DNA of 64,000 bases from Dicyema japonicum. Its lineage: Eukaryota; Animalia; Dicyemida. How positions within the stretch are numbered: position 1 is the stretch's first letter; each line of letters starts with the position of its first letter. The notes under the pieces were generated by a model that was not told the DNA's origin, searched no databases, and saw nothing but the letters and a program-made list of their open reading frames with translations. A program made the translations under genes and the position numbers. Positions 24,800 to 37,409 of this stretch are shown here, in pieces. The stretch is taken from assembly GCA_011109175.1 (NCBI GenBank), contig RDEW01000003.1:1627546-1691545 (forward strand). Reading direction: 5' to 3'.

Positions 24800-25520
24800 A
24801 ACCTTAATTTAAATAGTACAAAGATAAACATTATTTCCACTTTCACTTCGGACCGTCGTTCCAAGGATGAACCGAGTATCTTTAATGGTCCCGCTCGGAT
24901 TCCAGTCACAAGGTCCCCCACTGTCCTTGGAGTCAAGTACGACAGTCTTCTCAATTTCAACTCCCACGCAGCAGACATGATTACCAGGGGCCTCCAGAAA
25001 GTTAACGTTATACGCGCTCTTGTTCGGAGGACCACGAGGAACATGGACTTTTCCGTTTCTACCCTCTACCAACAAACAATCGCGCCTGCCATTGAGTATG
25101 CCTCCGTTGCATGGAGATTCGCGCTATCGGAGTCTATGGTCCAAAGAATCAACTCGATACACCGGAAAACAATAAGTATGCTTTGCCCACGTAATGGATC
25201 AACAGTCGACACACTACTCATGGAAGCTAAGATCCGTAGTCGTGGCTCCAGATTTCTTCGCGTCTGTGAGGAAGATGGAAATCCGCTTCGCCTGATACTT
25301 TCTATGGCAAGAGAAAACCGATTGGATAAGAAATTCCCCTCCCCGATCGGATTCCTCTGCAAGACCGAGAGAAGGCTCAAAGTATTGGGGACGATGGAAG
25401 ATCACAGACGTCGAATGGCACAATTGAATTGCGAGGACTGGGATCACCTAACTGTTTGACTCTTTTGTCTTTCTTTCTCGGTGTTCCCGGGGTTATTAAA
25501 ATAAAAATAAATAAATAAAC
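24800..25520 (+). mobile_element. Vingi-like LINE family D, 3' fragment
   Basis: Highly similar to 38070-38757; LGVKYDSLL, YQQTIAPAIEYAS; tail TTTCTCGGTGTTCCCGGGGTT-(A/TAAA)n. Confidence 0.9.
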
Positions 25521-26045
25521 ATTATTATCTTCCTCAAAACATGCCAAGTATGTCAAAGATCTTGGGTGTAACACTTGGTATGTACTTTTGTCATTACCAC
25601 ACGTAGAAAATATTCTTGTGAACTGTGAAAAGAAACTGAACGTACTAACAAGTTTATCGGGAATATGGAAGATTGGTACTCACTCGGTCTAATGCACGTG
25701 TACGGACAGTACAGCAAGCCATGTTTCTCCTATGCATGCGCCTCGTGGAGACCGTCTATATCTTGAAAAAATATGAAAAAAATCGATGAAATACAAAAGA
25801 GGACTTTCAGATCGTTGGATTTGTGGAGATTACCGAACCAGACCGACGCCTCTGGAGGCCCTTATGAGACTAGACTCCAGAATGCGGGAATGGTTGTCCA
25901 TAAATTCAATCAACCGTCCTGTACGATCATGCACGAACACGAGGGAGGAACATCGTACCAAGATGAGGTCCTTAAATGGACGTATCGGGATCACATGATT
26001 ACTAGTTTGTTTTACCTTGTCTTATGTTAAATAAATACTAAATAA
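25521..26045 (+). mobile_element. Vingi-like LINE family B-related 3' fragment
   Basis: Similar to 6540-7056; ends RIGIT* then TAAA tail. Confidence 0.8.
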
Positions 26046-26559
26046 TCATGTCACAAGAATGCGAAAATTCCACAATTTCGACTTGGTCGGAGCAAAGAGA
26101 ACAATTTCCTAAAGAAAACTTATCAGAACAACAGTGAACTATACATATTCAAATAGTTCTCCATTTATCCCATCTCTCCTAAACTTATTTATTGCCACAG
26201 AATCAACAAATTAAAGATAAAGAGAGTCCTCAGATAACTAACTGACCCCGTAATTTAGTTTATATTTTTTGGTCTATAATGGATGTATTATGCCGCGAGC
26301 ACAGTGTGAGCCTGAGCGCTGCACGCGACCAGGAAATGTCAAATTAATTTTTTTCAAGGTTAAGAATAATTATTTTGAAAAAAATCGCAATCTCCTTATC
26401 CCCCAACATTGAATAAATTGTTAGACACTTTTGCAACAATAGTAACTGGATTTACGTACGGATGTTCTAACCTTGTTAACATAAGAGAAGGATTTGTCCC
26501 ATAATCCTTTTAAATGCGAGTTTTTTAAGTAATTAAAAATATAATACAATGTCTCACTC

Positions 26560-27260
26560 TATGCAGTATACAGAAGACTAAAGTGAAGAATGAATTTGAG
26601 GGGAATTACGGAGTGTTTAGACTTATACTACTAGACTCCGAATGCAACCAGTACGGACTTGGTTTTGCTATACATCATGTCTTGATGGGAGAATTCACAG
26701 AGTGTGGAGGGTAAATGACAGAATAACAGTAGTCCAGATTAAGAGTGGGAGGACTGATAATTCCTTTATATCCATAATTAATGTTTACGCGCCCACAATG
26801 GCAGGGTTTCTACAAATTCCGATGAACTTGATCTGTCTTATATGTCACTAAAGGATACCATCTCTGATCTCAAAGGCTCGTTTATGACTTTTTTGTGTGG
26901 AGATTGGAATGCTAAAGTGGGACACTGTCCATGGAGAGAACCCTGAATGGGTAGACATGCCAGGGGGAGGAGGAATATGTCAGGAGGATCGCTCGTGCAA
27001 TTTTGTAACATGTTTGACTACTTCATTCATTTGTATTTGAATTCGACTACAATGTGAGGCATAATACGACGTGGACTGGACTCAGAAAGGACGGTAACGG
27101 TGACTATGTCCGGATATACAACCAGATTTATTATGTTATGTGTAAAAGATCTTTTCGTGCTTTACTAACTGACTCCTATGGAGGCACCATTACTTATAGT
27201 GATCATAAACTGCTGGTTGCACGTTTCAGAATGAAAAATATATCGGAACAGATGGAGCAA
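26560..27260 (+). mobile_element. RTE-clade LINE APE endonuclease fragment
   Basis: VNDRITVVQI, IINVYAPT, CGDWNAKVG, TTWTG, YSDHKLLVARF. Confidence 0.8.
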
Positions 27261-27712
27261 GAAAGAAGAGAGCTTATCTTGTTCGTTTTATTGTGATAAA
27301 ATTATGCTTATGTGAGAAGACGTGTGAAGATTACTGTATGGCAATTAAGAGCATAAATATGGAAAATCCCCCAGTGATGAGGGAGAAAATTTGCTTATGC
27401 CGACCAAATCCATCTTCCAATATTACATTACAGGTTTCCGCTTCAGAAGAGAGGTGGAGAAGTAGGTCCACCCTTTTTATTTTCATCAAACGTCCTATCG
27501 TAGCGGACATCACTTCATTCTTCAGCAGAAGTTTTCATAATGTAATCTTCAAAAAAGGATTTGGTCAGGAGAAGGTAGGAGACCTTCTTGCTGAACGTAA
27601 CGTCTGATGACATCGGATCTGAAGGTCGTGGGTTCGAATCGGAAAGATGGAATTTTCAGCAAAGGTTAATTCTTGTCAAACATCCTACCCGTGAAACGAC
27701 GAGTCCTTCTGG

Positions 27713-27922
27713 CAGGATACAGTGATTGAAAGGGATCTACCTGCCCATTAAAAATTAATGCCAGTCAGCACAATTTTATTATTATTATTATTTTATAAGC
27801 AACTACATAGAATCATATAAACTATAATTCTATTCGTTCCGCGTCTGAACAATCAGGATACAGGATACAGTGATTGAAAGGGATCTACCTGCCCATTAAA
27901 AATTAATGCCAGTCAGCACAAT
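27713..27922 (-). repeat. 62-bp perfect direct repeats flanking an 86-bp insert with (TAA)n tail
   Basis: 27713-27774 identical to 27861-27922; insert starts TTTATTATTATTATTATTTT on the + strand. Confidence 0.9.
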
Positions 27923-27928
27923 ACATTA

Positions 27929-27995
27929 TTAAATCATTAATTTCCGTTAATTTTTTTATATTAAATCATTAATTTCCGTTAATTTTTTATATTAA
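27929..27995. repeat. short tandem duplication (~33 bp x2) upstream of RPB3
   Basis: ATTAAATCATTAATTTCCGTTAATTTTTT(T)AT repeated. Confidence 0.8.
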
Positions 27996-28037
27996 AAAAT
28001 AAATTTAAATTATTACATTGTATTGTTTGTTATTGTT

Positions 28038-28990
28038 ATGCCATACGCAAATCAACCTTTTGTTAACTTGCTTGAAGCAAGCGAAAATCATCTCAAATTC
28101 TCTATAAAGGATACAGATTTAAGGTAATTGACGAAATATTAATTCAAAGCGTGGCCAACGCTCTTCGTAGAGTCTGTCTCTCAGAGGTGCCTACTATTGC
28201 CATTGATTGGGTTCAGATAGAAGTCAACACGACCGTTCTCAATGACGAAATGATTGCCCATAGGGTAGGACTCATTCCAATTGAATCAGACGATATTGTT
28301 GACTGTATCAGACACTTTAGGGTATATCTATCGATTACTAATCTCAGGATTGCACGTGCTCTCATTTTTGTGACAAGTGTGCCATCGAATTTAGTCTTCA
28401 CGTGAAGGCCGCCAGCACGGGGAACACCAATGTTACCTCCAAGGATTTGATTTCCTCAAACGAAAACGTAAAAACTGTAAGTTGTGTGTCTCAAAAGATT
28501 TCTTCACGGGGAGAAGGGGATAGCTTGTACAAGAAACCAGAAGGTTAAGGTCTTGGCTTAGAGTAGACTTTGTGTTACTCGTAAAAATGAGGCCTGGACA
28601 GGAACTTAAGTTCAGAGCTTACGCAAGAAAGGGAATTGCCAAAGAGCATGCCAAGTGGGATGCTTGTGCCTCAGTTACCTTCGAATACGACCCAGACAAC
28701 ATACTGAGGCACACGACCTTTCCTAATCCTGCAGAATGGTCTCCTTTGACTTATTTGTAGGCCACGTAGCGAATTTAGTGAACTTGGGGAGAATGAAGGT
28801 AGGATTTTGTGTAATTGTAGTGGAGGGGAAGTATGATTATAGCAAGCACGCAGACAAGTTTTACTTTAATGTGGAGTCTTCAGGAGCTCTTAAGGCATCT
28901 AATATCGTGTTTAGTGCTATTTCTGCCCTTAAACAAAAGTTGAACAACATTGGGATGAATTTGAATACTCTACAGAAGCCTTCTGTTTGA
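28038..28990 (+). CDS. POLR2C: RNA polymerase II subunit RPB3
   Basis: [71 protein letters not shown]; 21-26-nt introns. Confidence 0.97.
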
Positions 28991-30030
28991 GTTACTCTTG
29001 TATTTTATTTGAACGATCGAATCTTTTATTTTGAAACCATGCTTAGTGGTCGTTTATTAGTATCACAGACTCATATTAAAAGAATCCTATATCTGCATCC
29101 TCTGTGTTCTCTCCATGGGTATTTCTTCCGTGGTTGACGGAGGAATATTTCATGGAACAATGAAGACTATTCCTAGGAAGGCCCATGAAGATTCCACCAT
29201 CTGTGTTAAATGAGGACTAAAAGGCGTAGAAAGAAAACTAAAAATGGCCGACGATTTTTTAAGAGAACTTGCAAAAAAGAGGGGACATTTGATGAGACTG
29301 GTACAAATGGTGGCTTTTCTAAGATAACGGTAGAAACTATAATAAAATCGTTAATTATAAGAAGAGTCCCCATCAATTTGTCTTTTCTTTTAACCAGACT
29401 CAAACACCTTGAGGCTCTTTTCCTGAGTTGGGTTTACGTTTCCTCAATTCCTTTGCTAACACTCTAGATAACAAGCTTTTTACCGATCTGCTTAGTATCA
29501 ATTACCTAGTAAGAACATATCTAAAAAAGATCCAGTCTTTAGTTGTTGGGACTTTAAAGAAGTTTTACGCCACCGTGAAATAGCCTACCTTTTTGAGATC
29601 ATAGTCGCGAGAACATGCGCGCAGTTCATTTCAAATATTAGAGAGTGCGTGGATCCAACAATGAAAAATGAACTGAAATGAAAAGATCATTAGAGATGCC
29701 AGGATCACCTAATGGCGACACCATTAATTTAATGATGATTTCTTGGTCATAATACTAATTTGATTTACAGCAGCGAGATTCGAACCAGAGGCCATCAGGC
29801 CTTTTGCCCGGCACTTGTTACACTGCAAGGTAGTCCTAAATAATTATTCTAAAAGCACATGGTCTCTCAAGAGGGAATAGCCGCAATAAAATTTTATCAT
29901 TTTACTTTTTTAAAGGTTACATGTCTTTATTTTTTATGAATGAATTTAGTTCGAGTTTAAGCGCTTCACTATTCTGAAGGTACAGTGCTTATTCATTATC
30001 TGACATCCACTTTAAGCGAGTTTATAAAGA

Positions 30031-31858
30031 CAGTTTAACCCCTGCCCCAATAGAAAAGAGTCCCAAATAGAGTAAAATTATTTATCAATTTTTTTAAATT
30101 AAATAGCATGTTAAAATTAAAATAAATTCCAAAGACTACTGTTAAACCGAAAAAACTAAGTGATCCCGACGAATTGAATCATGGCTCTTATCTTTGCTCG
30201 GTGTTTATCCCTTGAACCTACACAAGTTCGCTGCGGGCGAACACTTCTTTCTTGGCATTGGTGTCCTTTTTTGTTTTTTTTCAATTAGTGTCTCCAAGGG
30301 CGTCGGTGATTTGATAATTTCCCTGATATACCATATTTATCGAATTTTATAATTCAAACAGTTAGAATAATGAAAATTAGACAATAATTAGGACAACAGA
30401 ATGGCGAAAGCGTTAACTCTGATAATCGCCATTTCGAGCATCTGCTTCAACCAGAGTCCCTCCCGTGGCTAACACCTTTTTGAGGTGAGTTTGCTTCCAA
30501 TGCTGTAGAGAAAGGTGTCCGTCTTTGCGTCCACAGTTCCAGTTGTCTCCACAGCAATGGGGGCGAAATGGTAATGGTCTCCGAGGGATTCATACTTATG
30601 GATCTTCTTGACCTCCGCCTAGTCGGCTGCGTCTCCAGGAGAGTGTGTCGCCGTCAGCAATCTGGCTCCTAAGAAGGTGTCCACACACGTTGCGTCCCAG
30701 ACGAATGATTTTCCGTGGGAGTATGGGAATAACGTCATTCCATCCGGCCTCTTCCCGTCGCCTCTGAGGGATTGAAAAATGATGTCATTGAGGGCTGCGT
30801 GGTGCAGGGCTAGACCAGCACTTCGTAGGCAAGAGAGTGGATATAAGCCTTTCGTATCAACGTCCCCGCCGCAACGGCATTTGTGTCTCTGGCATATGTC
30901 CAGTCCTAGGCACAGTGCCACCCCTATCCTCATGCTGTTTTCGTCAAGGAAGGTCTCCAGATGTGGGCACGGTAGGGCCTAGAGCCAGACTCCATTTCCA
31001 CGATGTGCGGCCGACTTAATGCTTGCTAGTCGGTGTTGGTTGGCGCTTTTCTTCGCAGCCTCCAGAGTGCTCATAGATGCGATTGAGTCCAAACTCTTCT
31101 GGCAAGCGAAGTTCGACGGGAATTCCAAGTCCAACTCACCCTACAACTTGCAAACTCTGCTGACCATTTTTATTAAAAATAAAAAAGCCATTTTATTTAT
31201 TAATTAAAAAAGTAGTCGCTAATTTTCCTCAATGTTGTATTTTTCCGTAATTTATTGGAGACGTTCAGTCTGAAATCATAATATAAGGTGCGTCTGGACA
31301 AGCATTAACAATGAATTTTTAAGATTATTCGTTATGTTTATTGCGTCTTCAAAAATATTTAAACTTGGTCAAAAACGTCTTCAATATTAAACTATATTTG
31401 GTCAAAAACTCGTCATACTCTTCGTAAATTTTTTAATTGAATCTTTGTCGCAGGAATTCTTTTCACCAGAAATTGCTTTAAAAGATAGTTCATGATGAAC
31501 CAGTCATCCAATTGAGCCTTTGAAATTTTTAAATTTATCTTTGCCGCGATAGTCCCGGGAATGTTTTAAATATCTGGAAACTGAAATTCCATTTTGCCTC
31601 AGGTTTCTGAAAACCTCAAAAACTAGACGACCGAGTTTTGATGAAAGATTCAAAAAATTTTTTGTTTCAAGGCTCAAGAAAGCTTTTTTGGCATGGTTTA
31701 AAAATAGCACGTTATAATTTTGAAAAATAAATAAAATTTTTATTTAACAAAAGTGCCCCAATGAGCGGAATCGATTATTTTTGTTTATTATTATTTTACT
31801 TGTCGGAAATTAAATAAACTATCATAAAATGAATTTTTATTGGGGCGCGGTTGTACTG
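30031..31858 (-). mobile_element. pogo/Tigger element with imperfect TIRs, carrying a nested CRE-like LINE
   Basis: Ends CAGTTTAACCCCTGCCCCAAT / ATTGGGGCGCGGTTGTACTG-TA; FKGSIG*L...LSFKAISGE (CENP-B HTH). Confidence 0.7.
30365..31150 (-). mobile_element. CRE-like LINE 3' part with restriction-like endonuclease and Zn finger
   Basis: CRCG...HAALNDII, KRPDGMTLFPY...WDATCVDT, KYESLG...PIAVETTG, WLKQMLEMAIIRVNA. Confidence 0.88.
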
Positions 31859-32559
31859 TAATAATATTTTTTAAGTTCTGGCATCCACCCAGAAGCATAC
31901 CTAGAGGGGGCTATAGGGAAGCACGCTGTAGGGGGCAGCAGATCCAAGCCATAGAGTTGACATTATTAAGCTATTCTCATTTTTCTCCATGTTTTTTCAT
32001 CATAGACAAGATCGACTGCTAGCGATCACCGTGTTCTATTGACAGCGCTGAAGACTTCGAGTTTTAATCGACAACAGGTGCGTGTTCATTGTGAATTCCC
32101 TTATCGATGCGAGGTCAGTGACGCTCTCCTTGTTGTGACGACGATGTCACGCTTGTGGCGATTGCGTGGGGACGTATTGTTCCTTGGTTACCGTTATGTT
32201 TATACTATTATTGTCGAACACGACGGTTGTTTTTCCTTGCTACAGTCTTGTGTTTTGATTTCTTGTGTGTATTGATTTCTCTAATTTGATCCGACAAATT
32301 AAGCGAATACAGCCCAGTGGAGCTCAAAATCACCGGAAGAAAAAACTCATAAAAGCAGAAATAAAAGGCCGTTTAGATATGTGGTGACGATCATACTGAC
32401 AATCATGAACCCGTGGCTGTCATCCAAGATAATTAATAATAAATTAAATAATGATACACCTCACTCTTACTTGATCTCATGACAACGTTTATAATCCATT
32501 TAGTCACGATTAAGTTATTTATAATGGGCATCATTATCGTAAACTCGCCAGCAGAAAGC

Positions 32560-32690
32560 TTTGCCACGCCCTTGCATCAACCTTAGCTACCAGGACAATG
32601 TCTTCTGGATCACTGCCTAGATGAAAACTCTACTGGAACTTGTCAGGATCACGGAATTAGTTAGCTTGGTATTGGAATAATTTCTTTTTA
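32560..32690 (+). mobile_element. Vingi-like 3' tail remnant (similar remnants at ~33410-33470 +, ~40230-40345 +, ~43420-43720 -)
   Basis: GGATCAC...TTAGTTAG(T/C)TTGGT signature shared with family B tails. Confidence 0.55.
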
Positions 32691-33639
32691 TTCTGTTTTC
32701 GAATAAATTTTAAACAAATTGATGACGTTTGGTAGAGTAGCAATTAAAATACCACTAAAGCAAAGAAAACCGCATTTTTGCCATTCAGACAGCAATTGTC
32801 TATTGAATGATTGATGATTATGTCCCGGTAATATAAATATAAACGGCCCACGTGAAGAAAAATTATGTTATGTAATTTTCGTGTTATTTTTCTTAGCAAA
32901 GACTGAACTTAAAGCCAGATCCATGAATGCAAAGTTGGAGAAAATTGAATTTGAGATGAGTCGACAGATTGAACGAAGCAGGAAAACCTCCGAAAAACAC
33001 CACAACAGTAGAATAACTTTCTGCCAGAACAAATTACACGAGTACAAAAAAACTGAAATGATAAGTTTGAGCTGACTTTAGACTTAGAAAACTTTCAAAG
33101 CTCCAAAATCGAGGACGACGATCAAAATCTCAAGGACGTAGCCAGTAACGACAGACAGTCGAACAAATACCACAAGCATATCAGGTTGCCGATTTTTTGA
33201 TCAAAAACAGTTCTTCATTGAAAACAAAAGAACCTCTATGGAGTGAAGTAGAACAGCACTTCAAAAGTCAGCGATTCAAGGCAATAAAAAAGCAGTCTAT
33301 TGATGAATTAGCTAAAGTAATAGAAAAAAGTAAAAATATTGATTTTAAAAATTAATAAAAGTTTTTGACTATTTTAATATATTTATTGACTGGTAATTGA
33401 GCTCATAATAATCGCCGGGATAACGTGAGTAGTTAGTTTGGTGTTACCGTGGTCTTTGGAGTTTTAATTTTTGTATAGTATGAGGACCTGATAACTCTTT
33501 GGGTTGGTGAGCTAAATGGTTGTCGAAAATGAAACCAGAAAGCACAAGGAATTAGTTTCCCTATTCAGTATTGATAATGACAAGTTAAGCCAATGAACCG
33601 TATGATTCATAAATCAGTGTCAAAGGTTAGGTTAATTGT

Positions 33640-33870
33640 TTTTAGTACATAACAAATGCCGACAAACAAACGGAGCAAATTGAATAAGTACTCGGCCCTC
33701 GGAGATCACTTTCATTTCATCACAATCACCTTAGAAACCTTCAGAGCGGTAGAAATAATTGGTAAGTCATCAATGAAATTTGGAGTGCAATCACTCAGAG
33801 ACCCTCGTGAACTCAAGGCCTTGGAATCTCCATCAACCGAAGTAATAATCACTGTCTCCTTGGAGTTTGT
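33640..33870 (+). mobile_element. CRE-like LINE fragment
   Basis: NKYSALGDHFHFITITLET...RDPREL. Confidence 0.65.
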
Positions 33871-33949
33871 GTCTGATTTGTTTCTATTATTTAATAAAGT
33901 GATTAAAAATTCATAACAAAGAAAATCAAACCGTTAACACTTTGCAAAT

Positions 33950-34400
33950 TAAAATAATTTTGTTTCAGATATTTTTTATGGATGCGATTTATAATTGTTT
34001 CGGCTGAACTGAGAACCGTCACCTTACACACTGCCTTACAACTTAAGGTATTTAGAGTCTTCTCTTTCGACACAGTTTCTCCAAAGTATTCTGTTTACAT
34101 TGAAAATAATAATTCCATGTTAAAATATCAAAATGGTCAACTTGTCAGTGATTTAAGTGCCAGAAAAAAATTCAGATGTTAACCAGTGCGAATCTCGCTG
34201 TTGTCCACCTCGGATAATATTCCTTCTGGCTTGACGACTGTCTGCAGAGACAACCAAAAAAAGCTAAGAACGCCTAGGTACACCTTAGTAATAACTTTGT
34301 ATTTCTGACCTGTAGTAAAGATTGTAGGCGATTGACCCGGAAGATTCTCGTTAAGACAATTGTTCACATTAGGGCAACCAGAAAATTGCAATTTTCAAAA
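33950..34400 (+). mobile_element. unclassified transposase-like fragment (DUF6589-like); first 110 bp duplicated at 52683-52792
   Basis: FFMDAI...PKYSVYIEN...LSARKKFRC...DNIPSGL loosely resembles DUF6589-type proteins; assignment tentative. Confidence 0.35.
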
Positions 34401-34449
34401 TTGCAAATATATTTTTTAATTGTAAAAAATAGCAGTATGGAAAAATAAA

Positions 34450-35570
34450 TGAAATTAAATATTCCTGAACATTAAAGTTTCGATCTTTAGTAATAATTTT
34501 CGTCAAAAAAGATATCGCCCTTTCAACTGAGCTTCCGCAACAATTTCGAAGGTATGAGTAAATTTCTAGCGAAAGATTTTTATTTGCGAAATCAAGAATA
34601 CTTAGTATCCCAGATTTTTTAAGATTTTTTGATATATAATTTTTTGTTCTATGCTGTTCAGATCTGCGTAAGATTTTTCAATGGAATAATCGAGTAGTTC
34701 GGTATTTGAAATCATTTTAATTAAAACAAAATAGTTTGAGCTGATTTCGGTTAAACTTTAAAACAACGTGGGAATATTAACTTATTATTGGCCTAAAATA
34801 ATTAAGAATCGAAACATTTTGATTAAAATTCCACCTCCTTCAAACTCAGAGACAATTTTAATAATTTCTGAAAGATTTTGGGAGTAATATTTGGCTGGTT
34901 TTAGCCAGCTTCCCCATCATCTGACAGCTAATTCGGGTGGATTTCTTATTTGCGAGAACATTTCCTAGCGTCTTTTGTTTTTCACCTAAGAAATCAGGTT
35001 ATCAACATCTGTGAAGTAGGATTTTATTCTTAGAGCACATTTGTGTAACAGATGTGAAACACAAGTGACGTGGAAAAGATTTGGATATAAAAATTTCATT
35101 GATGTCCCAGCTAAAATTAGATTTATTCCTACAACTTGTCATATATCTTGCGGCATCTTTGAGGAATAAGACGAACTTTTCACGTTCAATTGAAAATTAT
35201 TTCATCAACACAAATTGTTGAAGTGGTAGGCCGTAGGTTGCTACACGATATAAAATGAAGATTTTTCGGAGCGGAGATTTTCCCGATCAGAGTAATTAAA
35301 AAGCGAGTTCCGTTGACTTGAGCTTCATCACAAACCAGAAACACATATTCCCCACTATTGAATAACTTCAAAAAATAACATTGATTCTGAATAGTATCTA
35401 TTTTACATTTTGAGATTTCTTTTATATTTGACATGCATGGATGATTCATCTTAGTATTATTTTGCACTTTGAAACATTCGCCTCCTTTTACATTGTTATT
35501 CCGATTTTTAGGTTTCAGCATCTTTTTTAGCTGACATAGGCTGGAACTCTTGGAGTACTTTTCATTGAAC
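34450..35570 (-). mobile_element. DUF659/CGGBP-type hAT-like transposase pseudogene
   Basis: FLVCDEA, LFLKDAARYM, LYPNLFHVTCVSHLLH, RxWGSWL...YY. Confidence 0.75.
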
Positions 35571-35589
35571 TTTTTAAGTACAAGGTTCC

Positions 35590-36620
35590 AGCCACCTCTA
35601 GGTATCCTTCCGAATCTTTGCTTCGTGGCAAGAAAAATCTGATTTTTATATATCTGATTTTACGTTGATTCTGATCAATAAGATGTTCATATTCAATCGA
35701 TGTTAGATTTGCTGGTATTACTTTGAATGGATTTTGAACCCAATCGTCATCAAATTTATCCGGATTGTTATCATCCAAAATTACCAAATGATCTTTGATG
35801 TCCTGAAGTAATTATCGTCCAATGGCATTATTATTCATAAAGATACTCTTGCAAAATAAAAACAGATTGATATTTTCTCTGTAGCGATAATGTAAATTTA
35901 TTCAGTTTTTCATAAATTGAATCTGAATATGCAATTCTCTTTAAACAAAGATTGTTTTCCAAATTTTTGTAAATTGGAAAATTTCGTTTCTTGAGCACAT
36001 GAACATTTTTTATTTTCCCCATTACAATTATTCTCCAACGATTCGCACATGAACATGTCTTCTGCAATAATATCGTCAAATGGGTATCTAACGAAAACCA
36101 ATTAAACTGCCAAACCTTAAACATCAGTAGATTCATTAATTTGAATGGCAAGACCACTAGAATTATTCGAACGAATTAGTAACTGTCATTTAATATTTTC
36201 CCAAGTTCCTGAATTTGCCTTGAAATAGTATTATTTGACAAATAACCAAGATCTAGTTTCTCAGACATTTGTTCGCCATAAATACACTCGATGATCTTTT
36301 TTGAACATGGCTTTATAAGATTTTCGGCAATTGTGTGTGCCTCTCCAAACGTGCTACAAAATAACTCACCTGTTTGATTAAAATAATTTTATACTTCATA
36401 AGATGCTCTGGTAAATTTTAAGTTGTCGTCTTTTGCAAAATTGGACATTTATAACTTGCACCTTGTAGATGCACTTAATTTGTTTTGAAAAAAAGGAAAT
36501 ATCTTTATCCTTTAAATTAGGGTGCATCATCAATAAATGTCTTGATAGTTTGGTAGAAACAAGAGATGTGTTAGGCATTATATGATGGCATATTACACAT
36601 TCTGCCATATGCGGTAAATC
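35590..36620 (-). mobile_element. hAT Buster-type transposase pseudogene (internally deleted)
   Basis: ECVICHHIMPNTSLVSTKLSRHL, HTIAENLIKPC, LSNNTISRQI, AIQINESTD, DWVQNPF. Confidence 0.85.
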
Positions 36621-36724
36621 AGATCCATTCTGAGAAAACCCATATAAGAAGTAGCTTTCATCATATTTTCTTTTCTAAAATTATAATTATAAAAAAATCT
36701 TTTTTGAATATTTTTTGGAATCTC

Positions 36725-37060
36725 TGCATAGTGGTTAGGTGTCGGGCTTAAGTAGCTTAGGCTAAATAAATAAATAAGTGGCTTAGGCTACGGGTTCGAA
36801 TCTCGCTGATGTTCACCTGGTGGAAGGTTCCACGCATCTACGATGCAGAAAGGGTTTGACGAGTGACGCCGTCATCAGTGGATACTCACTGCGGAACTGG
36901 ATTGTCTAGAAAGGACACTCACACAAGAAAAAGAAAAAAAGAAGTGAAGATCATTCCTTGGTTCTACGATTAGTTAAAATTAACTGTTCTTTACTTAAAT
37001 AAAGTGTGTGTCCTGCCTATGCGGAGATATAAATACTATGGCTCTCGTGAAAAGGCTTTA
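36725..37060 (+). mobile_element. tRNA-derived SINE (partial copies at 11620-11885 and ~29760-29800)
   Basis: A-box-like TAGTGGTTAGG, B-box GGTTCGAATC; body shared with 11620-11885; no complete cloverleaf. Confidence 0.75.
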
Positions 37061-37409
37061 TTATGCAATTATTGTTTCTCATTAAAAATCTTATAAAATT
37101 GACTAATTTATTTAAGGATGGGCTTGATGCTTGAAAGGATGTGTCTTACTCAGACCGTGGGAACAGAATATGACTTAACTAGACGTTAACTGATTCTCTC
37201 TTTCTGGTATATCTGGGATTCCTAATTGAATTTTTGAACCCCCGATATTCGAATATTTAAGACCAAAATAGACCACCTTGGGGACCAAAATTTTTGAACT
37301 GCCCTAAGACCGGGGTCTGAATCTATTTTTACAATTTAAATGTCAATTAATCTCAGAATAGTTTACTTCACGAAAATATACAACCTGTCCATTAACTATA
37401 ATATTATTC

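Noticed and set aside
27713-27995. CRISPR-like array
   Set aside because: Only two repeat units, eukaryotic context, no cas genes; explained as a TSD and a tandem duplication.
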